From: a virus
Taxonomy: Duplodnaviria; Caudoviricetes
IMG/VR virus record: IMGVR_UViG_3300033066_001722
Coordinates: 1 to 64,000 of that record
Reading direction: 5' to 3' (one strand)
DNA length: 64,000 nucleotides
The notes beneath the pieces are model-generated. The model saw only the letters and a list, made by a program, of their open reading frames with translations. It was not told the DNA's origin and ran no database searches. Every line of letters starts with the position of its first letter. Position 1 is the stretch's first letter. The position numbers and the translations under genes are program-made. Positions 55,763 to 64,000 of the stretch are shown here, piece after piece.

Positions 55763-56094
55763 TTGCTGACCTCACAGTAGGAATCGACGCTCGGCACCAC
55801 AGGAGGATCTGTGCTTGGCGCTGGCATCGCCACCGTTCGGCTGAGGTAGAGCGCCATTTGCTGATGCCAGGGACCTCTGGCCTTCACGACAATCGCGTCC
55901 GCGGCAAGCGCCTTGCAACGGGCCTTGTCGCCCTTTGCCGCGGCTTCCTTGGCTTCTGTCAATAGCGTCGTAGACGTCTTCTCAGCAGCTTTGCCGAACC
56001 ACTTGACCTCCGCCTGGAGCACGTCGATGTTTCGGCTCGTCAGATTGCAACCAGCTAGCCAAACGGCACACACGATCAGTAGAAGGTTCCGCAT
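55759..56094 (-). CDS. lipoprotein
   Basis: MRNLLLIVCAVWLAG|C lipobox; Pro-rich C-terminus. Confidence 0.75.
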   Translation of the reverse strand: MRNLLLIVCAVWLAGCNLTSRNIDVLQAEVKWFGKAAEKTSTTLLTEAKEAAAKGDKARCKALAADAIVVKARGPWHQQMALYLSRTVAMPAPSTDPPVVPSVDSYCEVSK

Positions 56095-56109
56095 AGGAGG
56101 TAGGGTAAA

Positions 56110-56280
56110 TCAGTCCAGCCGTCTCAGGAGATCTTCCGAGGAGAGGCTCTGCATCCGTCGTAGGACATCATCCCATACTCTCGAAGCTTGACGTGACTCA
56201 CGACGTACCTGTTCGATATCCGCAGTCGTGATATGAGGTGGCGGAGGCAAGTCTAGCGCTAGCTTTGGCTTCCTGATCAT
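56110..56280 (-). CDS. small hypothetical protein
   Basis: ATG 56280 in an ATGA overlap; 56 aa. Confidence 0.5.
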   Translation of the reverse strand: MIRKPKLALDLPPPPHITTADIEQVRRESRQASRVWDDVLRRMQSLSSEDLLRRLD

Positions 56281-56960
56281 ACAGGAGAGAACGGTACCCG
56301 CGAGACGCGCGTCCGGAAACTGTCCTCCCACTCTTTGACGAGTGACTGGAGGATCGAGTTGTTCACGGAGAATGAGCTCACACCGAAGTTGACCTGCGCG
56401 AACTTCGAGCGGAGAGCGAGCAGCGTCTGACCAGCGTAGGCTCTAGTGATGAGGCGGAGCTCTTCGAGGTAGCGTAGAGGGAAATTCTCCCGCTTGTGTG
56501 CGACGTATGCATAGGCGCTGATCGTCGACCCTGGCTCGATAGCGCCGACGAGAGCAAACTGACCTCCCTGGTTCTCCAGGAAGCTTTCACTCGCGTCGTT
56601 GGCGACCTCTGCTGCGTAGAGAGACAAGTAGTCATCAGTGGAAGTCGATGGCTCGCTACTCACGGTCAGCCCACCGATCGCAGGTGCACCCCTCAACGAG
56701 GTAGCCAGGATAGCCAGGATGATCTCGTCAGGGGGATCAAAATCACTCACGTCGTAGATGAACTTGTCGACTTCTGTCGTGAGCTGGACACGCATCGTAC
56801 GAGGCTGGAACTTCGAGAACTCGAGGAGTCCTCGGTCGACAGCGTCGTAGATGTCTTGATAGCTGAGCTCTCGATCTGAGGGAGAGCCTAGTGCGGAGCG
56901 GATCTCCGCCTCGAAGGTTGAGGCGACGCCAGGTGTCGTAGAGATGAGAGGGTTAGGCAC
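56277..56960 (-). CDS. head-tail adaptor / neck protein
   Basis: ELSYQDIYDAVDRGLLEFSKF; position after the major capsid gene. Confidence 0.65.
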   Translation of the reverse strand: MPNPLISTTPGVASTFEAEIRSALGSPSDRELSYQDIYDAVDRGLLEFSKFQPRTMRVQLTTEVDKFIYDVSDFDPPDEIILAILATSLRGAPAIGGLTVSSEPSTSTDDYLSLYAAEVANDASESFLENQGGQFALVGAIEPGSTISAYAYVAHKRENFPLRYLEELRLITRAYAGQTLLALRSKFAQVNFGVSSFSVNNSILQSLVKEWEDSFRTRVSRVPFSPV

Positions 56961-56982
56961 GGTAGCTCCTCAGCTGAGGAGA

Positions 56983-57411
56983 CTACTTCGCAGCGGTCTC
57001 CTTCTTCTCCTCGACGATAAAGTCGTTCGAGGCCAGGTTGCCGGTCAGCTCATACAGCGCACGAGGCTCACGCAGCCGACGCCCTCGCAGGTTGTCGTAG
57101 GCGCGGTAGGGCTCGGCCCAGGCATTCTGGGGCTCCGCCATGAACATGAAGTCGATGTGGCGGTACGACGCGCTCATGAACAGCTCACCGGGATGGATCG
57201 TCACGCTGTTGTTGACGCCACCTGCGAGCGCATTGATGACCTGATCGATCGTCGAGACGTTGACCATCAAGATGTTCGGCTTGTCCTCCGGACACGCCAG
57301 GACATGCTCCTGGCCCATGACGGTTCCGAGACGGACCTTGTGGTCCTTCGATCGGCTCGCACCGAGCATCGTGATGAGTTCTTGGGCGGACAGCTTCAGT
57401 AGATTGGCCAT
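56983..57411 (-). CDS. hypothetical protein (possible head accessory)
   Basis: 142 aa with an AAGGAG RBS, directly after the capsid gene. Confidence 0.65.
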   Translation of the reverse strand: MANLLKLSAQELITMLGASRSKDHKVRLGTVMGQEHVLACPEDKPNILMVNVSTIDQVINALAGGVNNSVTIHPGELFMSASYRHIDFMFMAEPQNAWAEPYRAYDNLRGRRLREPRALYELTGNLASNDFIVEEKKETAAK

Positions 57412-57438
57412 AGGGTGACTCCTTACCTAGATAGACGA

Positions 57439-57472
57439 AGAGCCCGGCTAGTGGTTAGACCAACCGGGCTCT
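57439..57472 (-). terminator. strong hairpin downstream of the major capsid gene
   Basis: AGAGCCCGG...CCGGGCTCT 9-bp perfect stem followed by TCGTCT; weak U-tract. Confidence 0.45.
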
Positions 57473-57595
57473 CCATCTCCTGAGGTACTGCCGACGGGGT
57501 GATCGGACTCAGGCGCTGATCTCAGCAGATCTCAAACGCCGCAAGCCAGAGGCCTGAAACTCGATCTACCGGATCGCATCCCGTTGAACGGGCGA

Positions 57596-59086
57596 CTACG
57601 TCAGGGTGACGGTCGCGAAGGCCTTCGCGTTGATGCACTTCTTGCCGGCACGAGACAGCACGCCCTTGCTGTACTGGAAGTTGGCCGACGGATCCGGCAT
57701 GGTCGGGGTCCAGGTCAGCAGCGAGTATGGCGCAAAGACCGCTGCCATGTACATGGGGTTGTCCGCCTTGTAGCCCAGCAGGATCTTGCTGGCGGGCATG
57801 AAGGGGTCCATGTAGACCTGCGTGGTGCCGCTGTTGACGGTGCCGAACAGGATGCGCTTCTCCAGCGTCGCCGTGTTGCTCACGCCGATGCCACCGCGAT
57901 CGACCGACGAATCCAGCTGGCGGAAGCCCGAGATCAGGCGCAGCCGTTCGGCGGCATCACTGCCGGCGATCAGCCAGTTGGCCCGTGCATTGCCGTTGGT
58001 CGCCTTCCAGATCATCTGATCGGCCTTGATGATCGCCTGGCCCAGGGTGGCCTCGTAGGCCAGCCGACTCGCGGTATCGATGTCACCGGCCAGATAGCCG
58101 GCGGTGCTCCAGTTGACGTTGCCAGCGCCGTTCATCGCGGCTTCGACCAGCATCATCCGCACCAGCTGCCGGTCGATCTCGCGATCGAGCTGGTTGCTGG
58201 CTGCATCGACCATCTCCTGCTCCAGGTCGCCGTTGTGATAGGCACCGAAGTCCTGGCGAGACTGCTCGGTGAACAGGAAGCGCAGCGTCATGTCCGTCGC
58301 GGTCAGCGTCTCGCTGGTCATCTTCATGTCCAGCTCACGCGGCGTGTCGCCTTCGGCATAGGTCGCGTACATGACCTTGATCTTGGCATTCAGCGCCGGA
58401 GCGACACCGAAGATCACACGGCCACGCCCGTTCACACCACCATTGTCGACGGTGAAGTCGGTCGTGTGGGTCTTCTCGACTCCGTTCACGAAGACGCGGA
58501 CGCGGCTGCTCGAGAAGGCACCAGCAGTGGCAGTGGTCTTGACCGCGGTCGTCTCGACGACGAAGGTGGTCGTGACACCGTCACCGGTGAAGCTCTCGGG
58601 CGACTCACCCCAGCCCGAGTAGTTCGGGTCGACGGCCTGATCCAGGCGATCCGCAGCGGTCGTCGGATACTTGGTCGAGGCATAGCGGTGATCGATATAG
58701 AAGATCTTCGCCTCGGGTGTGGTCATCGGCCACACGGTGCACAGACTGCGGGCGTACAGCTGGATGTACAGTCGGCGGATCAAGGGCAAGGCCACCTTGA
58801 CGAAGGGCTCGACCGCCGAGGTCGTGACGGCCTCGCGCAGCTCCTTCGGCGACATGCTCAGCGCCTTGCGCCCCAGGCCCAGCCCGGTGTGAGACGCCAG
58901 CTCATTGACGTGACGCTCCAGCAGCAGCTCCAGGCCGATGCGACATCCCATGCCGTAGGCTTCCTGGACGTCGACGAGCTTCAGGCTCTTGTCGGCACCG
59001 TAGCCGGTGTACATCGACCACTTCGAGGCACGATCGGGATTGTGAACCAGCCACGGGATGCGCGGCTCTTCGGTATGCGTATACAT
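57596..59086 (-). CDS. major capsid protein (T4 gp23-like)
   Basis: PLIRRLY...LCTVWPMTTPEAKIFY, EQSRQDF..YHNGDLEQEM...DREIDR, FAPY, GVLSR; strongly biased codons. Confidence 0.93.
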   Translation of the reverse strand: MYTHTEEPRIPWLVHNPDRASKWSMYTGYGADKSLKLVDVQEAYGMGCRIGLELLLERHVNELASHTGLGLGRKALSMSPKELREAVTTSAVEPFVKVALPLIRRLYIQLYARSLCTVWPMTTPEAKIFYIDHRYASTKYPTTAADRLDQAVDPNYSGWGESPESFTGDGVTTTFVVETTAVKTTATAGAFSSSRVRVFVNGVEKTHTTDFTVDNGGVNGRGRVIFGVAPALNAKIKVMYATYAEGDTPRELDMKMTSETLTATDMTLRFLFTEQSRQDFGAYHNGDLEQEMVDAASNQLDREIDRQLVRMMLVEAAMNGAGNVNWSTAGYLAGDIDTASRLAYEATLGQAIIKADQMIWKATNGNARANWLIAGSDAAERLRLISGFRQLDSSVDRGGIGVSNTATLEKRILFGTVNSGTTQVYMDPFMPASKILLGYKADNPMYMAAVFAPYSLLTWTPTMPDPSANFQYSKGVLSRAGKKCINAKAFATVTLT

Positions 59087-59126
59087 CTCTCAAATCCTCC
59101 TGGGATGCGTTGATCTCTTGGGTTGG

Positions 59127-60470
59127 TTAGCGCCGAGCTCCCGACAGCCGTGCTTCGTGCTCGTCGAAATCCTTGGCTCGCAGTGCGTCGCCATCTGCCT
59201 GGCTGTGACCACGCTGGGTGGAGACGCCTGTCGCCTCCAGCAGGGCCTTCTGACGCTTGACAGCCTTCAGGGCCTCCTCGACGGAGTTCGGGAACTCCAC
59301 ATCGCCATAGGCCTCGGTCAGCTGCTTGCCGACGCGGACGCCGCCCTTCGCAGGGTTGGCACCCAGCACAGCGACCTGCAGCATCTCCGCCAGCGGATGA
59401 CCCTGCGTCGCTTCCATGACTGCGGCCTTGACCTGGCTGCGCACGCGCTCGGAGCGGACCTCCTCCAGGAGGGCGCTGTTGGCGCGGTTCTGCGACATCT
59501 GCTCATTCAGCTGGCGCTTCGTCGACTCCAGCTCGTCGCGGATCAACGCGACCTGGGTGTTCGTCGCCTCGTTCAGGTTCGCTGACTTGTCGTTGGCCGT
59601 CCGCAAGGCTTCGGTCAGATTCTCGATGCGATTCAGCAGCGGAGCCTCGGCAGCCTCGCGAATCGCCTCCTCACGTGAGGCCACTTCGACTTCGGCCAGC
59701 GACGTCAGGACTCGCCGCGACAGCTGCAGCGCCTCCGTGATCAGCCCCTTGTAGGTATCCGGCACGAGCTTCCGTAGCTCGAGTACGTTCTTCGTGTTGA
59801 GAGCGCCGAAGACTTCAGGCGCGTTCTCCTTCAGCCATTCGAGCTTGATGTCGCCTTCCGGCAACGTGATGGTCTTGGGCATCTTCCTTGACTCCTGCAA
59901 TGAGGTCATCTTGGCTGTGCTGACAGAGGGATTCAGGACGAGATCCCATCCTCGCAGCCGTAGATCCTTCTGGACAATGGAACCACGCTGACCGTTGATC
60001 TCTCCCTCTTGCACTGTCCCCTGCGCTCGACTGCTGACGCCGAGAGGTACACCTAGGCGGGCGAGCGCCAGGACATCTCGTCCTCGTGCTGTGTCCGGGA
60101 TGAGGAAGACGCCATTGGCGATCTTCTTCTGTGCCTCGTCAAGGTCGTAGTCCTTCAGGACCACTGCGACCTCGCCTGCGCGATATCCCTGGTCGTCCGC
60201 TGGGTGCCCATCGAATCCTGGGACTGGCTCATTCGCCAGGACCTTGCCCTTGAAGTCCGCTGCGACTTCACGCAGCGTGTCCCACGGGTAGATCCGCTTG
60301 TTCTGATTCAGCCGATCGCCCTCTTGGATCGTCGCGAACCGCAGGATCCCGATAGAGCCAGGAGGTAGCTTGGGCTTCGTCCCCTCCTGGAGCTCCTGCT
60401 CTTCGAGGCGATATTCCTTGGTGATCAGTACTTCGTTGAGATCTTGTGCAGCCACCCTGTGGACTATCAA
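59127..60470 (-). CDS. prohead protease (gp21-like) fused to scaffold
   Basis: NQNKRIYP, DGHP, LGVSSRAQG, WDLVLNPS, then a coiled coil rich in LxE(A). Start possibly GTG 60455. Confidence 0.9.
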   Translation of the reverse strand: MIVHRVAAQDLNEVLITKEYRLEEQELQEGTKPKLPPGSIGILRFATIQEGDRLNQNKRIYPWDTLREVAADFKGKVLANEPVPGFDGHPADDQGYRAGEVAVVLKDYDLDEAQKKIANGVFLIPDTARGRDVLALARLGVPLGVSSRAQGTVQEGEINGQRGSIVQKDLRLRGWDLVLNPSVSTAKMTSLQESRKMPKTITLPEGDIKLEWLKENAPEVFGALNTKNVLELRKLVPDTYKGLITEALQLSRRVLTSLAEVEVASREEAIREAAEAPLLNRIENLTEALRTANDKSANLNEATNTQVALIRDELESTKRQLNEQMSQNRANSALLEEVRSERVRSQVKAAVMEATQGHPLAEMLQVAVLGANPAKGGVRVGKQLTEAYGDVEFPNSVEEALKAVKRQKALLEATGVSTQRGHSQADGDALRAKDFDEHEARLSGARR

Positions 60471-60507
60471 TACTGGGTGCGCTGAATCATAGAGACTTGG
60501 GAATGGC

Positions 60508-61248
60508 CTAGGCGAGTTCAGCTTCCAGTTCAGTCTGGGTCATGAGCGGGAATCTGAATCGTAAGGTAGAGACGTCTGAGGTGTCTTCGCCGCGTTGTGC
60601 GAGAGACTTTCTCCACTTGCCCCAGTATGATGAAGATTCATCGATCAACATCTCACCTTTCGGTCGAGTACGATCGAATACCTTAACGAACGGGTTTGAT
60701 GTAGTGTGACCAGCTACAGTATGAGCATAGACGGAGAGATCGAACTCTTCGACGAGATCATCGAAGATCCTCTGAGCTGTATCCACAGAAGAACAAGCGT
60801 AGAAGATGATCTTAGGCGAGGAAGACGAAGCCTGGCTTTGAGAGGAAGACGAAGCAGTGGAGTAGATTTGAGCTTCTGATGAGCAAAGCGAATCAGAAGC
60901 GATTGGAAGCGACGCGAAGCGGAGCGCAATGCGAAGCGCACTGACGGCATTGGGGTACTCCGGTGTGCGGGGATCAAGTAACTGGGTTGCATTCGGCCAA
61001 CCATGCATCAAGAACGCAAGATAGTCGAGCGAACCGACCTCACGAAAGAAGTCGGTGATCTGTTGCATACGGTTCGAGATAGGTTGATCGATGTCAACGC
61101 GTAGCGTACGCGGATACCCTGCCGAGATGGGCTTGGTCTGTAGGAAGCGTCCGAGCCGTTCAGACTCTGGCTTGAACGCTCCCTGGAAGTCGTGCTCGTG
61201 CTGATTGCGATCGGGCGTGATAATGATAGGACGTTGCGGCTGGTACAT
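60508..61248 (-). CDS. hypothetical protein with a caspase-like His-Cys dyad pattern
   Basis: YLAFLMHG...KIIFYACS...VYAHTVAGHTTSNP. Confidence 0.55.
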   Translation of the reverse strand: MYQPQRPIIITPDRNQHEHDFQGAFKPESERLGRFLQTKPISAGYPRTLRVDIDQPISNRMQQITDFFREVGSLDYLAFLMHGWPNATQLLDPRTPEYPNAVSALRIALRFASLPIASDSLCSSEAQIYSTASSSSQSQASSSSPKIIFYACSSVDTAQRIFDDLVEEFDLSVYAHTVAGHTTSNPFVKVFDRTRPKGEMLIDESSSYWGKWRKSLAQRGEDTSDVSTLRFRFPLMTQTELEAELA

Positions 61249-61270
61249 CAGGAAGCCTCCTTACGGAGGA

Positions 61271-62917
61271 CTAACCTGGGAACCGCTTACGGACCTTCTT
61301 GGTGAAGCGGTCCTCGAGCGCCGTGTGATCCTTAACCGCCTTCTCGTGGGTCTCAGCGGACTTGTGATCACCAGCCTGTCGCGCAGCGATCGACGCGATC
61401 GCGTGTGCTTCCTTCGCCGCCTTGTGGCTGTTCACGCGATCGATGTCAGTAGATGCGGCTGTAGCCTTCGAAGAGGCCTCGACAGCTTTGTTGGTCGCAG
61501 TCTTCGCCACATAAGCCTTGTGTGCGGCAGCCTTGGTCTCTTCTGAGTCTGCAGAGTCGTGATAGTTGCGATTGTTGCGTTTCTTGCTGTCGACGCGTGC
61601 TTGCTGGACTTGCTTCTCCTGTGCAACGTTAGCAGCGTGACGCGCGTTGAGCCCCGGATCCCCTTGAAGCGTCTTGTCGTTGTAGGCTGCTCGCGCCGCT
61701 TGCGTCGCGTCTGTCGCCTTCGACAAGGCTTCCGCACGCTTCCTCTCCTCATACGCTTTCTCTGCTGCAGCCTTGGTTTCTTCTGTATCTGCCGAATCGT
61801 AGTAGTTGCGACTACGTGATTTGGAGGCTTTCGTCGCATCATCCGATGCCTTCGGAGCCAGCGCCATCTTTTGCTTGTTCGAGATGCGCTCAATCTGGCG
61901 CTCCTGGTCGGTCTTCGGCAGGTGCCCGAAGTTCTTCTCGATGTGCGCACGAGACGTCTTGTCGATCTCGTCGAACTTCTTATGGAGGTCCTCATGCCCA
62001 GGCTCTGGTCCGAATCCGTTCTTGTGCTGGACACGTGCGATGTGGAACTCCTTCTGTGCGGGAGTGCCTGACGTCTTCTCTTCGACGTGCCGACGGATCT
62101 CTGCAGCCTTCTCAGTCTTCTGATCCTGATCCTCTCGCTGCTCGTTGCGATGAGCTTTGACCACGTTGCGGAAGGCGCTGTTGAATACTTCCTTCGGATT
62201 GACCTTGTTGAGGTCATCTCCGCTTCTCGCAACGGTGTCAGCGAAGTGCCGCCCTGCGCTCGAGTCCAGGAACGCTCGTATTTCGTCGTCGCTGTGCCCT
62301 GCAGGAGCGTTGGACTTCAGCCAGCTGTGGGCCTTCGCGTAGTCAGCTTTGATCGCCGGATCGTCTTCGCTCTTCCCAAGATGCTTGGTCGTCTGGAGTT
62401 CACCGTGGTAGCCTCGCCCAGGATTCTTCGTCTCGATCTCGGGTTTGTCCAGATGCTGGCGTAGGAGGTCCTCGACCTCCTTCTTGTTCTGGCCACCTCT
62501 CTCTGGGATATGGTGGAACTCTCGATGAGTCTCTCCATCGGAGACTACAGTCTTACGAGGACCTCCGACAGGACCTTCCTGTTCAACCTTCAGCTCCTTG
62601 CCACCGTGCGTTAGGTAGAAGCGGTTGAAATTCGCCGTACCGACCTCAGGTAGGTTCTTTTTGTTCGGGTATGGCTTGTCGCTTCCCGCTTCAACTCGTC
62701 TCGCGCGATCACCGAGGGTTCCCTTCGGTCCACGATCGCGCCGAAGGGATTCGAGACCCTGCGAGGTCGCACGCTCGAAGCTCTTACCCTTGAGACCTGC
62801 GGGACCTCCTTCGACCTCGCCCGTTTCGTCGTTGATCATGATCCGGGCACCGTTAACGGTGATCCAGCCCTCAACGAGTACCTGTTCAACCTGATCTGTG
62901 ATGTTCTGCTGAGCCAT
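61271..62917 (-). CDS. tagged putative internal head protein with internal repeats
   Basis: N-tag VLVEGWITVNGARIMINDETGEVEGGP; two copies of RNY(Y/H)DSAD(T/S)EETKAAA(E/H)KAY; lies between portal and protease. Confidence 0.8.
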   Translation of the reverse strand: MAQQNITDQVEQVLVEGWITVNGARIMINDETGEVEGGPAGLKGKSFERATSQGLESLRRDRGPKGTLGDRARRVEAGSDKPYPNKKNLPEVGTANFNRFYLTHGGKELKVEQEGPVGGPRKTVVSDGETHREFHHIPERGGQNKKEVEDLLRQHLDKPEIETKNPGRGYHGELQTTKHLGKSEDDPAIKADYAKAHSWLKSNAPAGHSDDEIRAFLDSSAGRHFADTVARSGDDLNKVNPKEVFNSAFRNVVKAHRNEQREDQDQKTEKAAEIRRHVEEKTSGTPAQKEFHIARVQHKNGFGPEPGHEDLHKKFDEIDKTSRAHIEKNFGHLPKTDQERQIERISNKQKMALAPKASDDATKASKSRSRNYYDSADTEETKAAAEKAYEERKRAEALSKATDATQAARAAYNDKTLQGDPGLNARHAANVAQEKQVQQARVDSKKRNNRNYHDSADSEETKAAAHKAYVAKTATNKAVEASSKATAASTDIDRVNSHKAAKEAHAIASIAARQAGDHKSAETHEKAVKDHTALEDRFTKKVRKRFPG

Positions 62918-62920
62918 GAT

Positions 62921-64000
62921 CTAGACGTCTCCAATTCGGGTGTCGAGAGGACGATTAAACTGAATGAGCTCCTGGATACACTCCACGAGTTCATTGACTT
63001 GTCGGTTGAGCGATTCAATCCGAGTACGGTCATTGACCGGGATCGGAGGGGCTCCACGCGGGGTCGGACGCTTGACGATCGGCTGACCGTCCTCCGGCTT
63101 TGCCGCGTCCGCGGCCTGGCCACCTGTCGCTTGCATCGCCGCCATGGCCTCTGCCTGCGATTCTGCGGCCTCTTTCTTAAGGAGGGCTACCTGGGCCTTG
63201 GCCTCCTTTTCGGAGAAGCCTAGGTGTCGAATCAGGAGCTGTTCTCGTGTAAGCAGCTTGGCCTCCTGCCCCAGAGCAACGATCGTATAGCGCAACTGGT
63301 CGACCTTCATCGCTGTCAGATCGTCGATCTGGGAGAGGGATGGAAAGGTCGTTCGAACGACCACGTCGTCCACGACCGACTTCGAGTATCCTTGGCAACG
63401 CAGCTCCACACGACAGCAGCGTACGATACCGTGCGCGTAATCCTTACGCACACGTCGTATAGCGCGCAGGAAGTTCATGATGGCGATCGTAGGAGCGGTG
63501 TCTCCGGACAGCGTAGCGTTGCCATTGCTGGAGAACCAACCTCGATACATCCCGAGTCCCATGAAGAGGCGATCATAGATCATGTCCATGTCGCCAATCT
63601 TCGAGATGTTGGGGTCCCCCTGCATGCGCTCGACGTCGTTCTTGCTCTTGTCACTGACAGGGATGTAGATGTCCTCGTCTGAGCGAAGAGGATTCGTCCG
63701 CATCTCCATCTTGCCGGACGCATCTGTATAGCGCGTCCGCTTCGTCTCTCGCCTGAACTTCATCAGGTAGATGAGACGATCGACAGGGTTCATGTCTGCG
63801 ACATCAACCTTCCACTTGTAGCGTGGTTGACTGTTGGCGAGCCGATTGATGACCATACCATCGAAGAGAAGCTCAAGGATCTTCGCAAGTCTGTCGACTG
63901 AGCGGAGGATCGAGGTACCATAGACCTGTCCAGCACTGAGCTGGAGCATGAAGTGGCAGACCTGCCAACGATCGAACTCAGCGGCGCTCTCCTGATCCTT
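62921..64000 (-). CDS. portal protein (gp20-like), 5'-truncated by the window end
   Basis: YGTSILRS, KWKVDVADM, EDIYIPV, ISKIGDMDMIYDRLFMGL. Confidence 0.88.
   Translation of the reverse strand, partial: KDQESAAEFDRWQVCHFMLQLSAGQVYGTSILRSVDRLAKILELLFDGMVINRLANSQPRYKWKVDVADMNPVDRLIYLMKFRRETKRTRYTDASGKMEMRTNPLRSDEDIYIPVSDKSKNDVERMQGDPNISKIGDMDMIYDRLFMGLGMYRGWFSSNGNATLSGDTAPTIAIMNFLRAIRRVRKDYAHGIVRCCRVELRCQGYSKSVVDDVVVRTTFPSLSQIDDLTAMKVDQLRYTIVALGQEAKLLTREQLLIRHLGFSEKEAKAQVALLKKEAAESQAEAMAAMQATGGQAADAAKPEDGQPIVKRPTPRGAPPIPVNDRTRIESLNRQVNELVECIQELIQFNRPLDTRIGDV

Noticed and set aside
57584-59113. 509-aa plus-strand ORF
   Set aside because: It is the antisense shadow of the strongly codon-biased capsid gene and has no recognisable motifs.
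36273-60497. GTCTCTATG upstream of two genes as a possible late promoter
   Set aside because: There are only two occurrences and it is absent from the other intergenic regions, so chance is a sufficient explanation.
60818-60855. 14-nt direct repeat GAGGAAGACGAAGC
   Set aside because: It is a small duplication in a Ser-rich linker with only two copies.
1-64000. CRISPR arrays, tRNAs, rRNAs, IS elements, integrase
   Set aside because: No spaced repeats, cloverleafs or transposase/integrase motifs were seen by eye, and the few intergenic gaps are short.
1-64000. Stop-codon reassignment
   Set aside because: Conserved genes are full length in the standard code, and TAA, TAG and TGA all terminate genes.

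Overview
The window is a 64 kb segment of a large, GC-rich, contractile-tailed dsDNA phage (myovirus). Every credible gene is on the minus strand, and many are joined by ATGA/GTGA stop-start overlaps. In transcription order (right to left), the first block is a T4-style head module: gp20-like portal (truncated by the window edge), gp21-like protease plus scaffold, and gp23-like major capsid. Next come neck, sheath, tube, a tail chaperone with a probable -1 frameshift, tape measure, baseplate and tail fibres. The replication/recombination block has UvsW-like and DnaB-like helicases, a sigma-like factor, ATP-dependent ligase, Mre11/Rad50, primase, UDG-fused family A polymerase, an SSB candidate, a RecA-like protein, 5'-3' exonuclease and a RusA-like protein. 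The nucleotide-metabolism block has ThyX-like, dNMP-kinase-like, NDT, two HD proteins, NrdJ, thymidine kinase and MazG. The most striking unannotated feature is a family of four genes inserted among the structural genes. They share an N-terminal tag, Lx E|GW(V/I)TxxGxx(V/I)x(I/L)xDxGE(I/V)xxGP, fused to different bodies: an ADP-ribosyltransferase, a GNAT acetyltransferase and two charged helical proteins. This suggests a modular system of capsid-packaged, protease-matured, injected effectors. Also notable: a virion-type beta-sandwich inserted in the polymerase thumb that resembles an insert in the capsid protein, phage-encoded MFS and SemiSWEET transporters, a SLATT-like 2TM protein, and large non-intein insertions in many core enzymes. 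All family assignments come from motif recognition by eye; no database searches were run.
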